Positions 47,970 to 57,847 of a stretch of 64,000 bases of DNA are shown here, piece by piece; the first letter of the stretch is position 1; each line of letters opens with the position of its first letter. Source of the DNA: a bacterium (lineage in GTDB: Bacteria > SZUA-79 > Acidulodesulfobacterales > Acidulodesulfobacteraceae); assembly GCA_021795355.1 (NCBI GenBank), contig JAJYPL010000004.1:1467-65466 (forward strand), in the 5' to 3' direction. The notes beneath the pieces are model-generated. The model searched no databases, was not told the origin of the DNA, and saw nothing but the letters and a program-made list of their open reading frames with translations. The translations under genes were made by a program, and so were the position numbers.

Positions 47970-49061
47970 TTGGTCTTTAAAGGATACGAAGGAGTAATAA
48001 AAAGATACCGCGAATTTTTACCGGAAATAGACGAAAAATATATAATTACTATAAACGAAGGAAACACTCCGCTGATAAAAGCCCGCAACTTAGGCAGGAT
48101 AATAAATCCCGACATAGAAATATATTTTAAATACGAAGGTTTAAATCCAACCGGTTCATTTAAAGACAGAGGGATGACTATGGCTGTATCCAAAGCCGTG
48201 TCGGACGGCTCCAAAGCCGTGATATGCGCTTCTACCGGAAATACTTCCGCTTCCGCTTCCGCTTATGCGGCAAGGGCGGGAATAAAATCTTTTGTTTTAA
48301 TCCCTGAAGGTAAAATAGCTACGGGAAAGCTGTCCCAGGCTTTAGTCCACGGAGCGTTAGTCATGCAGATTCAGGGGAATTTTGATGACGCTCTTGTAAT
48401 TACGCGCGAAATAGCAAAAGATTACGATGTTACTTTAGTTAATTCCGTAAATCCGTTCAGGCTGGAAGGGCAGAAGACCGCAAGTTTTGAAATAGCCGAC
48501 GAACTCGGTTCCGCGCCGGATTACCATATTCTGCCGGTAGGAAATGCAGGAAATATAACTGCGTACTGGAAAGGCTATAAAGAATACTTCGCCGCAGGCA
48601 AAATAAAAAAACTTCCGAAAATGATAGGTTTTCAGGCCGAAGGCGCTGCCCCTATAGTTTTAAACCATATAGTAAAAGAGCCTCATACCGTAGCTACGGC
48701 GATAAGGATAGGCAATCCCGCAAGCTGGCAGAAAGCGGTAGAGGCAAAAGAAGAATCGGGCGGGTTAATAGAAGCGGTTAGCGACGAAGATATATTAAAG
48801 GCTTATGCTTTGCTGGCGGCAAACGAAGGAGTTTTTTGCGAACCGGCTTCGGCGATTACCCTTGCCGGATTAATCAAACTCAACGGGCGCGGCTTTTTTG
48901 AAAAAGGTTCCGTCTGCGTTTTAACTCTCACGGGTCACGGACTTAAAGACCCCGGCAATGCCATAAAGGTTTCAAAAGAGCCCGTCATAGTGCCGTGCGA
49001 TAAAAATTCGGTTCTAAAAGCTATGGGTATAAAAAAAACAAAATCAGGAGGATTTATTTAA
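47970..49061 (+). CDS. thrC: threonine synthase
   Basis: EGNTPL and NPTGSFKDRG (PLP lysine) motifs. The start codon (TTG) is uncertain. Confidence 0.9.
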   Translation: MVFKGYEGVIKRYREFLPEIDEKYIITINEGNTPLIKARNLGRIINPDIEIYFKYEGLNPTGSFKDRGMTMAVSKAVSDGSKAVICASTGNTSASASAYAARAGIKSFVLIPEGKIATGKLSQALVHGALVMQIQGNFDDALVITREIAKDYDVTLVNSVNPFRLEGQKTASFEIADELGSAPDYHILPVGNAGNITAYWKGYKEYFAAGKIKKLPKMIGFQAEGAAPIVLNHIVKEPHTVATAIRIGNPASWQKAVEAKEESGGLIEAVSDEDILKAYALLAANEGVFCEPASAITLAGLIKLNGRGFFEKGSVCVLTLTGHGLKDPGNAIKVSKEPVIVPCDKNSVLKAMGIKKTKSGGFI

Positions 49062-49066
49062 TTTAG

Positions 49067-50305
49067 ATGAATAAACATAAGTACGTTATTTTATGTCCCG
49101 ACGGCATGGCCGATACGCCGTTATCGGAGCTTGGCGGCAAGACGCCTCTTGAGTATGCTAAAACGCCGAATATGGATTCCGTAGCGGCAAGAGGAGTTAC
49201 CGGTTTAATTCAAACTATTCCCGACGGATGCCTTCCCGGCAGCGATATAGGTTCTATGTCGATACTCGGATACGACCCTTTAAATTATTATACCGGAAGG
49301 TCGCCTCTCGAGGCGGCAAGCATGGGCGTCGAACTCGGCAAAGACGACGTTGCGTTCAGGCTTAATCTTGTAAATATACTTGAAAAAGACGGCAAAAAAT
49401 ATATGCACGACTATTCCGGCGGACATATTACGACTGAAGAGGCAAGGCAGATTATAGAATCGTTCCGGAAAGAACTCGGCAGCGACAGGTTCCGCTTCTA
49501 TCCGGGAGTCAGCTACAGGCATCTTCTCGTCGTTAAAAATATAGACATAAACGGTCTTCAAACCGTTGCTCCGCACGACATTCCCGATTTGCAGACAGAC
49601 GAATATATTCCCCACGGAACGGCTTCAAGTCCCGAAATAGTCGAAATAATGAAAAAAGCGGAAAAAATATTGGAAAATCATGAAGTAAACAAAAAAAGAA
49701 CCGCCGGAGGCAAATTGCCGGCAAATTCTATTTGGCTTTGGGGACAGGGATATAAACCTTCTATGCCCACCATGAAAGAAGCTTACGGACTTGAAGGTTC
49801 GGTTATTTCCGCCGTAGATTTGGTAAAAGGCATCGGAAAATATGCCGGACTTAAAGTTATCGACGTTCCAGGCGCTACCGGATATTTAGATACCAATTAT
49901 GCCGGTAAAGTCGAATACGGAATGAAATCTTTAAACGACGGAGATTTTGTTTATATTCATGTAGAAGCTACCGACGAAACTTCCCATGAAGGAAAAATAG
50001 ATTTAAAACTTAAAGCCATAGAAGATTTCGACAAATTTATTGCCGGAGGGGTGCTTGAAGGACTTAAAAAATTTGGCGGATATACGTTAATGATTCTGCC
50101 CGACCATTACAATCAGGTTAAATTAAAAAAGCATACGCCTGAACCCGTGCCGTTCTGCGGTTTTTCTACCCAAACGGAAAAGCAGGCATCCGATAAATAC
50201 TCCGCCGTTCATTATTCCGAAACTTTAGCTCAAAACAGCGGTTTATTTTTCGACTCAGGTTCTAAACTGTTTAAATATTTTTTAAACGATTTTAACCGGC
50301 GGTAA
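49067..50305 (+). CDS. cofactor-independent phosphoglycerate mutase-like metalloenzyme (ApgM family; proposed alternative homoserine kinase by context)
   Basis: N-terminal ILCPDGMADTP...KTPNMD and EATDETSHEG motifs of the archaeal-type iPGM family. Follows hom-thrC with a 5-nt gap. Confidence 0.7.
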   Translation: MNKHKYVILCPDGMADTPLSELGGKTPLEYAKTPNMDSVAARGVTGLIQTIPDGCLPGSDIGSMSILGYDPLNYYTGRSPLEAASMGVELGKDDVAFRLNLVNILEKDGKKYMHDYSGGHITTEEARQIIESFRKELGSDRFRFYPGVSYRHLLVVKNIDINGLQTVAPHDIPDLQTDEYIPHGTASSPEIVEIMKKAEKILENHEVNKKRTAGGKLPANSIWLWGQGYKPSMPTMKEAYGLEGSVISAVDLVKGIGKYAGLKVIDVPGATGYLDTNYAGKVEYGMKSLNDGDFVYIHVEATDETSHEGKIDLKLKAIEDFDKFIAGGVLEGLKKFGGYTLMILPDHYNQVKLKKHTPEPVPFCGFSTQTEKQASDKYSAVHYSETLAQNSGLFFDSGSKLFKYFLNDFNRR

Positions 50306-50395
50306 AAGCATATAAACTGCATTTAATTTTTAGCGTTTTTATAATTTATAATAAGCAGAAAATGTTAAAAGCCGGAGCTCTTTCGATATTTTTGC

Positions 50396-50424
50396 TTGAT
50401 TTTAAAAAATTGTTTTATTATAAT
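50396..50424 (+). promoter_or_regulatory. candidate promoter (duplicated promoter cassette, copy 1) for carbonic anhydrase
   Basis: TTGATT, 17-nt spacer, TATAAT. The ~40-bp block TTTGCTTGATTTTAAAAAATTGTTTTATTATAATCAA is repeated at 51123. Confidence 0.55.
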
Positions 50425-50474
50425 CAAATATCACTTATAATGATTTAACTTAAAATCAATAATAGGTCGCAATT

Positions 50475-51110
50475 ATGGCAAGTTTATTTGACGGAGTTAT
50501 CGATTTCAATAATAACGAGTATAAAAAATACAGCGAGCTATTTAAGAAAATAGCGGACGGCCAGAGTCCGCACACCCTTTTTATCGGGTGTTCCGATTCC
50601 AGAGTGGTTCCTACCCTTATAACTAAATCGCTCCCCGGCGAACTTTTCGTCGTCAGGAATATCGCGAATTTAGTGCCGCCATATAGAAACGTAGCCGAAT
50701 ATCTTGCAACGACTTCGGCCATAGAATATGCAATAAACGTTTTAAAAGTCCGGAATATCGTAGTATGCGGACATTCTAACTGCGGAGGATGCAGGGCTCT
50801 ATATATGTCGGACGAAGATTTAAAACATATTCCGCATACAAAAAAATGGCTTGAGCTTGCGGGCAGCGCAAAAAAAATAGTATCCGGCCATATCAGGGAA
50901 GCGGGCGAAAAAGGCGAAAAATTTACCGAAAAACAGATAGCGGCGCTTACGGAAAGAGAGAACATAAAAGAACAGCTTAAACACCTTGCTTCTTATCCTT
51001 ATATTAAAGAAAATAAAGATATCGATATATACGGATGGCATTACGACATAGAAACCGGAGATGTTTATAACTATTCGTTCGACAGAGATATTTTTGAAAA
51101 AATAAATTAA
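50475..51110 (+). CDS. beta-class carbonic anhydrase
   Basis: Zinc ligand motifs CSDSRV and HSNCGG. Confidence 0.85.
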   Translation: MASLFDGVIDFNNNEYKKYSELFKKIADGQSPHTLFIGCSDSRVVPTLITKSLPGELFVVRNIANLVPPYRNVAEYLATTSAIEYAINVLKVRNIVVCGHSNCGGCRALYMSDEDLKHIPHTKKWLELAGSAKKIVSGHIREAGEKGEKFTEKQIAALTERENIKEQLKHLASYPYIKENKDIDIYGWHYDIETGDVYNYSFDRDIFEKIN

Positions 51111-51126
51111 CGTTTTTATTTTTTGC

Positions 51127-51155
51127 TTGATTTTAAAAAAATGTTTTATTATAAT
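51127..51155 (+). promoter_or_regulatory. candidate promoter (duplicated promoter cassette, copy 2) for icd
   Basis: TTGATT, 17-nt spacer, TATAAT. The core block is near identical to copy 1 (one substitution in the spacer; the match runs from TTTGCTTGA to ATAATCAA). Confidence 0.55.
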
Positions 51156-51227
51156 CAATTTCATCGTATTTTTTAATCCCGTTAAATTAATAATTAATAG
51201 CAGATAATTTTAAAAGGAATATAAATA

Positions 51228-52490
51228 ATGAAAAACGAAAACGTTTTTTTATGGGACGGTAAAATAAACATACCTAATGGCGGCGAATTTATAAAATTAA
51301 AAAGCGACCACAGCATAGAAGTGCCGAATAATCCTATTATACCTTTTATAAGCGGAGACGGCATAGGACCGGAGATTACTCCCGTAATGCTTAACGTAGT
51401 TAATGCCGCAATGGAAAAAGCTTACGGGGACGAAAAAAAAATATACTGGACAGAAGCCGTTGCCGGAGACAAAGCCGAGTCTAACGGCTTGGAAAGAATG
51501 CCGGCGGAAACTCTAGAATTGCTTAAACGCAGCGTGGTTTCCATAAAAGGACCGCTCGGAACTCCGGTCGGCAAACCCGGAAAATCGTTAAATTCTATAT
51601 TAAGGCAGTCTATGGATTTTTATTCGGCGATAAGGCCGGTTTATTATCTCGGCCAGCCTACGCCTATTCCCGATCCCGAAAGAGTGGACGTTACTATTTT
51701 CAGGGAAAATTCCGACGACGTTTATATGGCTATAGAATATATGGCAGGTTCCGAAGGCGCAAAAAAGGTGCGCAATTTCTTCTTGAACGAGATGGGCGTC
51801 AAGGATGCCGCCATTCCGGAAGACGCCGGAATAACTATAAAGCCTATGAGCGAATTTAAAACTAAAAGACACGTCAGGAAGGCTTTCAGGTATGCTATAG
51901 ATAACGGTAAAAAATCTATCGCCGTTGCAGGTAAAGGCAACATAATGAAAGCTACCGAAGGCGCATTTCTAAACTGGGCGTTCGAAGCAGCTAAAGAAGA
52001 TGAGTTTAAAGATAAAATTTCAACGGAAGCAGGCTCTTCTCCTGAAAAAATAAAATTATCGAAAGTTATTACCGATCAGATGCTTATGCAGTTGGTTTTA
52101 AATCCTAACGCATACGATGTTATAATTACACAAAATTTAAACGGCGATTATATTTCCGATCTTGCTTCCGCATTAGTCGGCGGACCCGGTTTCGTACCCA
52201 GCGGCAATATAGGAGACGGTTACGCTCTTTTTGAAAGCACCCACGGCGTAGGTATGGACATTGCAGGCAAGGGGATAGCAAATCCTCTGTCGATAACACT
52301 TTCGGGAGCCATGATGCTTGAATATATAGGTTTTAACGAAGCGGCAAAACTCGTTTACGATGCCGTGAAAAGAACTATTTATCAGGGCAACGGCACGAGG
52401 GATATTTACACCGGTTTTGAAAAATTAGACAAAAAAGCGGTAGAGCTCAGCACCGTAGAGTTCGGAAAACATATAATAAAAGAGATTTAA
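51228..52490 (+). CDS. icd: isocitrate dehydrogenase (prokaryotic homodimeric type)
   Basis: KSLNSILRQ, NLNGDYISD and GTAPD-like region. 420 aa, as in bacterial ICDH. Confidence 0.9.
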   Translation: MKNENVFLWDGKINIPNGGEFIKLKSDHSIEVPNNPIIPFISGDGIGPEITPVMLNVVNAAMEKAYGDEKKIYWTEAVAGDKAESNGLERMPAETLELLKRSVVSIKGPLGTPVGKPGKSLNSILRQSMDFYSAIRPVYYLGQPTPIPDPERVDVTIFRENSDDVYMAIEYMAGSEGAKKVRNFFLNEMGVKDAAIPEDAGITIKPMSEFKTKRHVRKAFRYAIDNGKKSIAVAGKGNIMKATEGAFLNWAFEAAKEDEFKDKISTEAGSSPEKIKLSKVITDQMLMQLVLNPNAYDVIITQNLNGDYISDLASALVGGPGFVPSGNIGDGYALFESTHGVGMDIAGKGIANPLSITLSGAMMLEYIGFNEAAKLVYDAVKRTIYQGNGTRDIYTGFEKLDKKAVELSTVEFGKHIIKEI

Positions 52491-52545
52491 AAATAAAAAA
52501 TAAATAGAATTTAAAATAAGATTTAAAATAAATTCCGGAGGCTAT

Positions 52546-52953
52546 ATGAAATTAACCGTTAAGCAGAAAGAAGATTTTCATTTTGTCGGCAAAAGCGAAT
52601 CCGGCGAAATTAATATAGACGCGGCAGGTTACGTCGGCGGCAAAGGCAGGGGAATAAGGCCGCCCGAACTATTCTTGTATTCTATCGCAGGATGCATGGG
52701 GATACATGCATACGAGGCGCTTCATAAAATGGGCAGACACGTAGAGGACGTAATAGTCGATACCGACAGCGAAAGAAGGGAAGAAAAACCGAAGGTATTT
52801 ACGAAAATAATCTTAAGTTTCACGGTAAAAGGCAAAGGAATAACGGAAGAAGACGTCAAAAAAGCCGTCGAAGAAGCTCTTACAAGTTCCTGCAGCATAG
52901 CTTATTTAGTAAACAAAGCTTGCCCGATAACTTACAGCATTAAACTTGGTTAG
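52546..52953 (+). CDS. OsmC/Ohr-family peroxiredoxin-like protein
   Basis: 135 aa with two conserved-position cysteines (IAGCMG and SSCSIA). Confidence 0.7.
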   Translation: MKLTVKQKEDFHFVGKSESGEINIDAAGYVGGKGRGIRPPELFLYSIAGCMGIHAYEALHKMGRHVEDVIVDTDSERREEKPKVFTKIILSFTVKGKGITEEDVKKAVEEALTSSCSIAYLVNKACPITYSIKLG

Positions 52954-53025
52954 TTAATTAACGATACAATTTAATTAACCGCACCGAAATGAACCGAATT
53001 AATCTGACGGAGGAGTTTTAAAATA

Positions 53026-54444
53026 ATGTTTAATAAAATTTTAGTAGCGAACAGGGGTGAGATAGCCTGCAGAATAATAAGGGCGTCGAAAGAGCTCGGC
53101 ATACCTACTGCGGCTATTTTTTCCGACGTAGAACCGACGGCGCGGCACGTTAAAATGGCCGACGAAGCTTACATGATAGGCGCAAACCCTCTTGATACTT
53201 ATCTTAACTATCAGCTGATAATAGACCTTGCAAAATCTATAGGAGCTGATGCAATTCATCCGGGTTACGGATTTCTTGCCGAAAATGAAGATTTCGCAAA
53301 AGCCGCCGAAGACAATAATATTAATTTTATCGGACCTTCGTCGGAAGTTATAAGGCTTATGGGCGATAAAGCAAGGTCGAAAGAAATTATGAAAAAAGCC
53401 GGCGTTATTACTGTCCCCGGCAGCGACGGCATATTAAAATCGGCTGAAGAAGGGGTAGAAATAGCCGAAAAAATAGGTTATCCGGTTCTTCTTAAAGCTA
53501 CAGCCGGCGGCGGAGGAAGAGGAATAAGACTATGCCGAAATGCAGAAGAAGTAAAGGCCAATTATGAAAACGCTTACGCGGAAGCCCTTAAAGCATTCGG
53601 CAACGGAGAGCTGCTTTTAGAAAAATTTATCGAAAATCCAAAGCATATAGAGTTTCAAATTCTCGGCGATAAATTCGGCAACGTAGTTCATCTTGGAGAA
53701 AGAGACTGTTCCATTCAGAGAAAAAATCAAAAAATGATAGAAATAGCGCCTTCTATGGTTTTAACCGAAGAAAAACGTAAATTTTACGGCGATGCCGCGG
53801 TTAAGGCATGCAGGGATATAGGCTATTACAGCGCAGGCACTATGGAATTCGTTTCCGATTTGTCGGGCAATATATACTTTATTGAAATGAACACGAGGGT
53901 TCAGGTAGAACATCCCGTTACCGAAAGCATTACAGGGTTCGACATAGTGAAAGAACAGATTAAAATCGCCGCAGGAAACAAATTATCGATCAAACAGGAA
54001 GACGTTAAGCTGAACGGATTTGCCATAGAATGCAGAATAAATGCGGAAGACCCGAAACACGATTTCCGTCCCAGCATCGGCACTATAGAACGCTATTATG
54101 TTCCCGGAGGCAACGGTATAAGGATAGAAAGCGCGGCCTCGGTCGGTTTTGAAGTAACTCCTTATTACGATTCGATGATAGGCAAATTAATCTGCTGGGG
54201 TAATACGTTTGAAGAAGCTATCAGCAGAACTTATGAAGCTCTCGAAACTTACGAGATCAAAGGCATTAAAACCACCATACCTATTATAAAAAAGATAATA
54301 AAAAAGGATAATTTTAAAACAGGACTTTTTTCTACGAGTTATTTAAAAGAAAACCCCGATGTTTTTGAATATGAAGTGCAGAGGGATAAAGAAGATTTTG
54401 TAGCTTTCATAAGCGCCGCCTTGTCGGCATATCACGGTTTATAG
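53026..54444 (+). CDS. cfiB: biotin carboxylase subunit (2-oxoglutarate carboxylase small subunit CfiB or pyruvate carboxylase subunit A)
   Basis: KILVANRGEIA, ATP-grasp GGGGRGIR, and EMNTRVQVEHPVTE. Confidence 0.85.
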   Translation: MFNKILVANRGEIACRIIRASKELGIPTAAIFSDVEPTARHVKMADEAYMIGANPLDTYLNYQLIIDLAKSIGADAIHPGYGFLAENEDFAKAAEDNNINFIGPSSEVIRLMGDKARSKEIMKKAGVITVPGSDGILKSAEEGVEIAEKIGYPVLLKATAGGGGRGIRLCRNAEEVKANYENAYAEALKAFGNGELLLEKFIENPKHIEFQILGDKFGNVVHLGERDCSIQRKNQKMIEIAPSMVLTEEKRKFYGDAAVKACRDIGYYSAGTMEFVSDLSGNIYFIEMNTRVQVEHPVTESITGFDIVKEQIKIAAGNKLSIKQEDVKLNGFAIECRINAEDPKHDFRPSIGTIERYYVPGGNGIRIESAASVGFEVTPYYDSMIGKLICWGNTFEEAISRTYEALETYEIKGIKTTIPIIKKIIKKDNFKTGLFSTSYLKENPDVFEYEVQRDKEDFVAFISAALSAYHGL

Positions 54445-54468
54445 TCTATAACGGAGGAATAAAAATAA

Positions 54469-56382
54469 ATGAAAAATATCGAAACTATGTTGCATGAAGG
54501 CTCGATAGAAATTGCGAAGCCTAAAAAGATTTTAATTACCGATTTAACCGCAAGGGACGGACAGCAGTGTAAATTAGCGACGAGGGTTACGACGGACGAT
54601 CTGCTTCCTTTATGCGAAAAAATGGATAAAGCCGGTCTTTACGCTTTCGAGGCATGGGGCGGCGCGACGTACGACGTCTGTTTAAGATATTTAAAGGAAG
54701 ACCCGTGGGAAAGACTCAAAAGAATTAAAGCCGTGATGCCGAATACAAAAATACAGATGCTGTTTAGAGGACAGAGCATAGTAGGCTATAGACCGCGAGC
54801 CGACAAGGTAGTTTACAAGTTTGTCGAAAAAGCCCTTAAGAACGGCATTACCGTTTTCAGGGTGTTCGACTCTTTAAACGATAACCGCAATATCGAAGTC
54901 GCCTGCAAGGTCATCAAGGAACTCGGCGGAGAATGCCATGCGGAAATAAGCTATACCAAAAGCCCTGTTCATACATACGAAAAATGGATGCAATACGCCG
55001 ACGAACTTTTAGAAATCGGACCGGACTGGATTTCCTTTAAAGACGCTACCGGTATCATAATGCCTTTGGATACCTACAACATAATAAAAGGAATGAAAGA
55101 AAAAGTCGGAGATAAAATAAAAATTTTATTTCACAATCACGATATGAGCGGAACCGCCATAATGAATCATATGATGGCGATATTTGCCGGCGTGGATATG
55201 CTTGATACCGTTCTTTCTCCTCTAGCATTCGGCTCTTCCCATCCCGCTACCGAAAGCGTAGTCGCCGCGCTTCAAGGCACGCCTTACGATACGGGCATAG
55301 ATTTAAAAATCTTGGAAGAGGCAGCCGCTTTAACCGGAATTATCAGAAAAAATTATAAAAAATACGAAACCGAATACGGCGGAGTTAACGCGAAAGTTCT
55401 TATCCATAAAATACCCGGCGGAATGATTTCTAATATGACCGCACAGTTAAAAGAGGCTAACGCTATCGACAAAATGGAAGAAGTTCTTAAAGAAACTCCC
55501 AACGTCGAAAGAGACCTCGGTTATCCTCCGCTTTTAACGCCGTCGTCTCAAATAGTCGGCGTTCAGGCCGTCTTAAACGTTATATCCGGCGAAAGATATA
55601 AAATGATAACAAAAGAAGTCAGAGATTATATAGAAGGCAAATACGGTATGCCTCCGGGACCGGTATCGAAAGAGCTTATCGAAAAAATTATGGGCCAAGG
55701 CGGCAAACCGGATTACTCCAAGCGTCCAAGCGACAGCGCAGACGTAAACGAATGGGATAAAGCCGTTAAAGAACTCGGTTCGCTTGCAAAATCCGAAGAG
55801 GATATTCTTCTTTACGTCTTGTTCCCGCTGCAGGCTATGGAATTTTTGAAAGCAAGGGAAAGCGGACAGTTGGAAACGCCGGAAGTTACGCCGGGTACCG
55901 AAGATATGATAGAAACGCGCGCAGGAGTTATAGAAAATACTGCGCCGGTAGAGTTTGACGTTACATATCACGGCGATAAATTTAACGTAAAAATTGAAGG
56001 CGTAACCCCGAATCAGGAAGAAGGCAAACCCAGAAAATATTATGTAAGGGTAGGCGGCAAATTAGAAGAAATACAACTCTTTCCGAAAGTGGAAGCGGTA
56101 GTCGGCGGAAAAGCCGGCGGTTCTAAAACCTCTGCGGGAAGCGCGTCTAGCGGCAAAAGAAGGATTGAAGCCGGAGACGTTTCGGCTCCTATGCCCGGCA
56201 AGGTCGCCAAATTATTAGTAAAAGAAGGCGATAAAGTAACGAAAGGGCAGACCGTTGCCATGGTCGAAGCTATGAAAATGGAAAACGAAATTCATGCGGC
56301 TGCGGACGGCACGGTTAAAGCGGTTTATGTCAAAGTGGGCGATAATATTACGCCGGACGATCCGCTGTTAAATATAGGATAG
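54469..56382 (+). CDS. cfiA: carboxyltransferase + biotinyl carrier subunit (2-oxoglutarate carboxylase large subunit CfiA or pyruvate carboxylase subunit B)
   Basis: HMGL-like TIM barrel (DLTARDGQQ, HNHDMSG) and a C-terminal biotinyl domain, EAMKMENEI. Confidence 0.85.
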   Translation: MKNIETMLHEGSIEIAKPKKILITDLTARDGQQCKLATRVTTDDLLPLCEKMDKAGLYAFEAWGGATYDVCLRYLKEDPWERLKRIKAVMPNTKIQMLFRGQSIVGYRPRADKVVYKFVEKALKNGITVFRVFDSLNDNRNIEVACKVIKELGGECHAEISYTKSPVHTYEKWMQYADELLEIGPDWISFKDATGIIMPLDTYNIIKGMKEKVGDKIKILFHNHDMSGTAIMNHMMAIFAGVDMLDTVLSPLAFGSSHPATESVVAALQGTPYDTGIDLKILEEAAALTGIIRKNYKKYETEYGGVNAKVLIHKIPGGMISNMTAQLKEANAIDKMEEVLKETPNVERDLGYPPLLTPSSQIVGVQAVLNVISGERYKMITKEVRDYIEGKYGMPPGPVSKELIEKIMGQGGKPDYSKRPSDSADVNEWDKAVKELGSLAKSEEDILLYVLFPLQAMEFLKARESGQLETPEVTPGTEDMIETRAGVIENTAPVEFDVTYHGDKFNVKIEGVTPNQEEGKPRKYYVRVGGKLEEIQLFPKVEAVVGGKAGGSKTSAGSASSGKRRIEAGDVSAPMPGKVAKLLVKEGDKVTKGQTVAMVEAMKMENEIHAAADGTVKAVYVKVGDNITPDDPLLNIG

Positions 56383-56421
56383 TTATAAAAACAATATTTA
56401 ATTAATTTATCGAGGTTTTAT

Positions 56422-57663
56422 ATGAAGCTTTACGAATACGAAACTTATGATACCATATTTAAAAAATACGGCGTGCCTACGCCTAAATATTTAGTAGTCC
56501 AGCATCCGGGGCAGAACGTCGAAGATTTTGTGGAACAGTACGGCGAAGTCGTCATAAAATCTCAGGTTCTGGTAGGCAAAAGGGGCAAGGCGGGCGCCGT
56601 AAAGTTTGCAAAAAACGGCGACGAAGCAAACGAACATGTTCAGGCATTAATGGAAGCCGAGGTTTACGGAGAAAAACCCGTAAGCGTAATTCTTCAGGAA
56701 AAAGCATCTATATTAAAGGAATTATACGTAAGTTTTACATATTCTTCAAAGCCGAGGCGTCCGGTCTTCGTAGTTTCTCTCGAAGGCGGAATGGACGTCG
56801 AGGCGCAGGATCCTTCTAAAATATTTACTTTCGAGATAAATCCGCTCGAAGGACTGTTTCCTTATAAAGTCAGGGAATATCTTATTGAAATAGGGCTTGA
56901 AGACAGGCCTGTATTAAGGCAGATGTCGGAAGTAATAGCCAACATGTATAAAGGATTTTGGAATTCGGAAGCAAGGCTGATAGAGGTTAATCCTTTAATA
57001 ATAGCAGGGGACAAGGCAAATCCCGATAAGCAGAAAGTTTTTGCCATAGATGCCGTAACCATGATAGACGACGACGCCAGAATAGCGCCTTCAAAAATAT
57101 ACACCGCAAGAGGCGCAATGGGAAGGCCTCTGACGGAAAGAGAAAAAGCCGCCCACTTAATAGACAGGGATGACCACAGGGGAAAAGCAGGTTCTTACGT
57201 TGAATTAGACGGAAATATAGGAATGATGACTTTCGGCGGCGGCGGTTCTACTATTACGGCGGAAACCGTTTTCGCGCTGGGAATGAAACCCGCTAATTTG
57301 ACGGATATAGGCGGAAATCCTCCCGCAGAAAAAATGAATAAAATTTCAAAAATTATACTTTCCAAGCCGGGTTTAAAGGCCGTTCTAGTATGCGGCGGCA
57401 CTGCAAGCAATACAAGGATAGACGTTACCATAGGCGAAGGATTGGTATCGGCGATAGAAGAAATGAAAAAAGAAGGAACGTTTCCTGAGGGTATGATATG
57501 GATGGTAAGAAGAAGCGGTCCCGAATATCAGAAAGGTTTAAAAATGCTTCACGAATGTTTTCAGAGAAACAATATCGAAGGCGTTATATACGATTCGGAA
57601 CTTCCGCTTACCGAAGCTCCTCAAAAATTATACGAAATTTTAAAATCTAAAAATTTATTATAA
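56422..57663 (+). CDS. ccsA: citryl-CoA synthetase large subunit (SucC-like ATP-grasp)
   Basis: MKLYEYE...KSQVLVGKRGKAGAVKF ATP-grasp N-terminus. 413 aa. Clustered with a SucD-like gene and a short citrate-synthase-like gene. Confidence 0.75.
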   Translation: MKLYEYETYDTIFKKYGVPTPKYLVVQHPGQNVEDFVEQYGEVVIKSQVLVGKRGKAGAVKFAKNGDEANEHVQALMEAEVYGEKPVSVILQEKASILKELYVSFTYSSKPRRPVFVVSLEGGMDVEAQDPSKIFTFEINPLEGLFPYKVREYLIEIGLEDRPVLRQMSEVIANMYKGFWNSEARLIEVNPLIIAGDKANPDKQKVFAIDAVTMIDDDARIAPSKIYTARGAMGRPLTEREKAAHLIDRDDHRGKAGSYVELDGNIGMMTFGGGGSTITAETVFALGMKPANLTDIGGNPPAEKMNKISKIILSKPGLKAVLVCGGTASNTRIDVTIGEGLVSAIEEMKKEGTFPEGMIWMVRRSGPEYQKGLKMLHECFQRNNIEGVIYDSELPLTEAPQKLYEILKSKNLL

Positions 57664-57676
57664 ATTTTAAAAAATA

Positions 57677-57798
57677 GAAATTATGCACTTGACAAAGCGA
57701 GATTGGTTAGCTTCGCTGGACTTCGTCCGCTATCGCTCGCAATCTCGCCGTTATTGTATGACAGATACCAAATATTGCTTTGTTAAGTGCATAATTCC
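57677..57798. mobile_element. 122-bp MITE-like element, copy 2 (inverse orientation relative to copy 1)
   Basis: TIRs GAAATTATGCACTTGACAAAG (57677-57697) and CTTTGTTAAGTGCATAATTCC (57778-57798). The internal sequence matches the reverse complement of 31091-31172. Confidence 0.55.
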
Positions 57799-57847
57799 GT
57801 AAAAAATTAATTTAGTTGATTAAAATTATTTATTGGAGATTATTTAT

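Noticed and set aside
53026-56382. Alternative reading of the biotin enzyme pair as acetyl-CoA carboxylase (accC plus accB/accA/accD).
   Set aside because: The second subunit has an HMGL-like/oxaloacetate-decarboxylase-alpha-type carboxyltransferase fused to the biotinyl domain. This is typical of pyruvate/2-oxoglutarate carboxylases, not ACCase.
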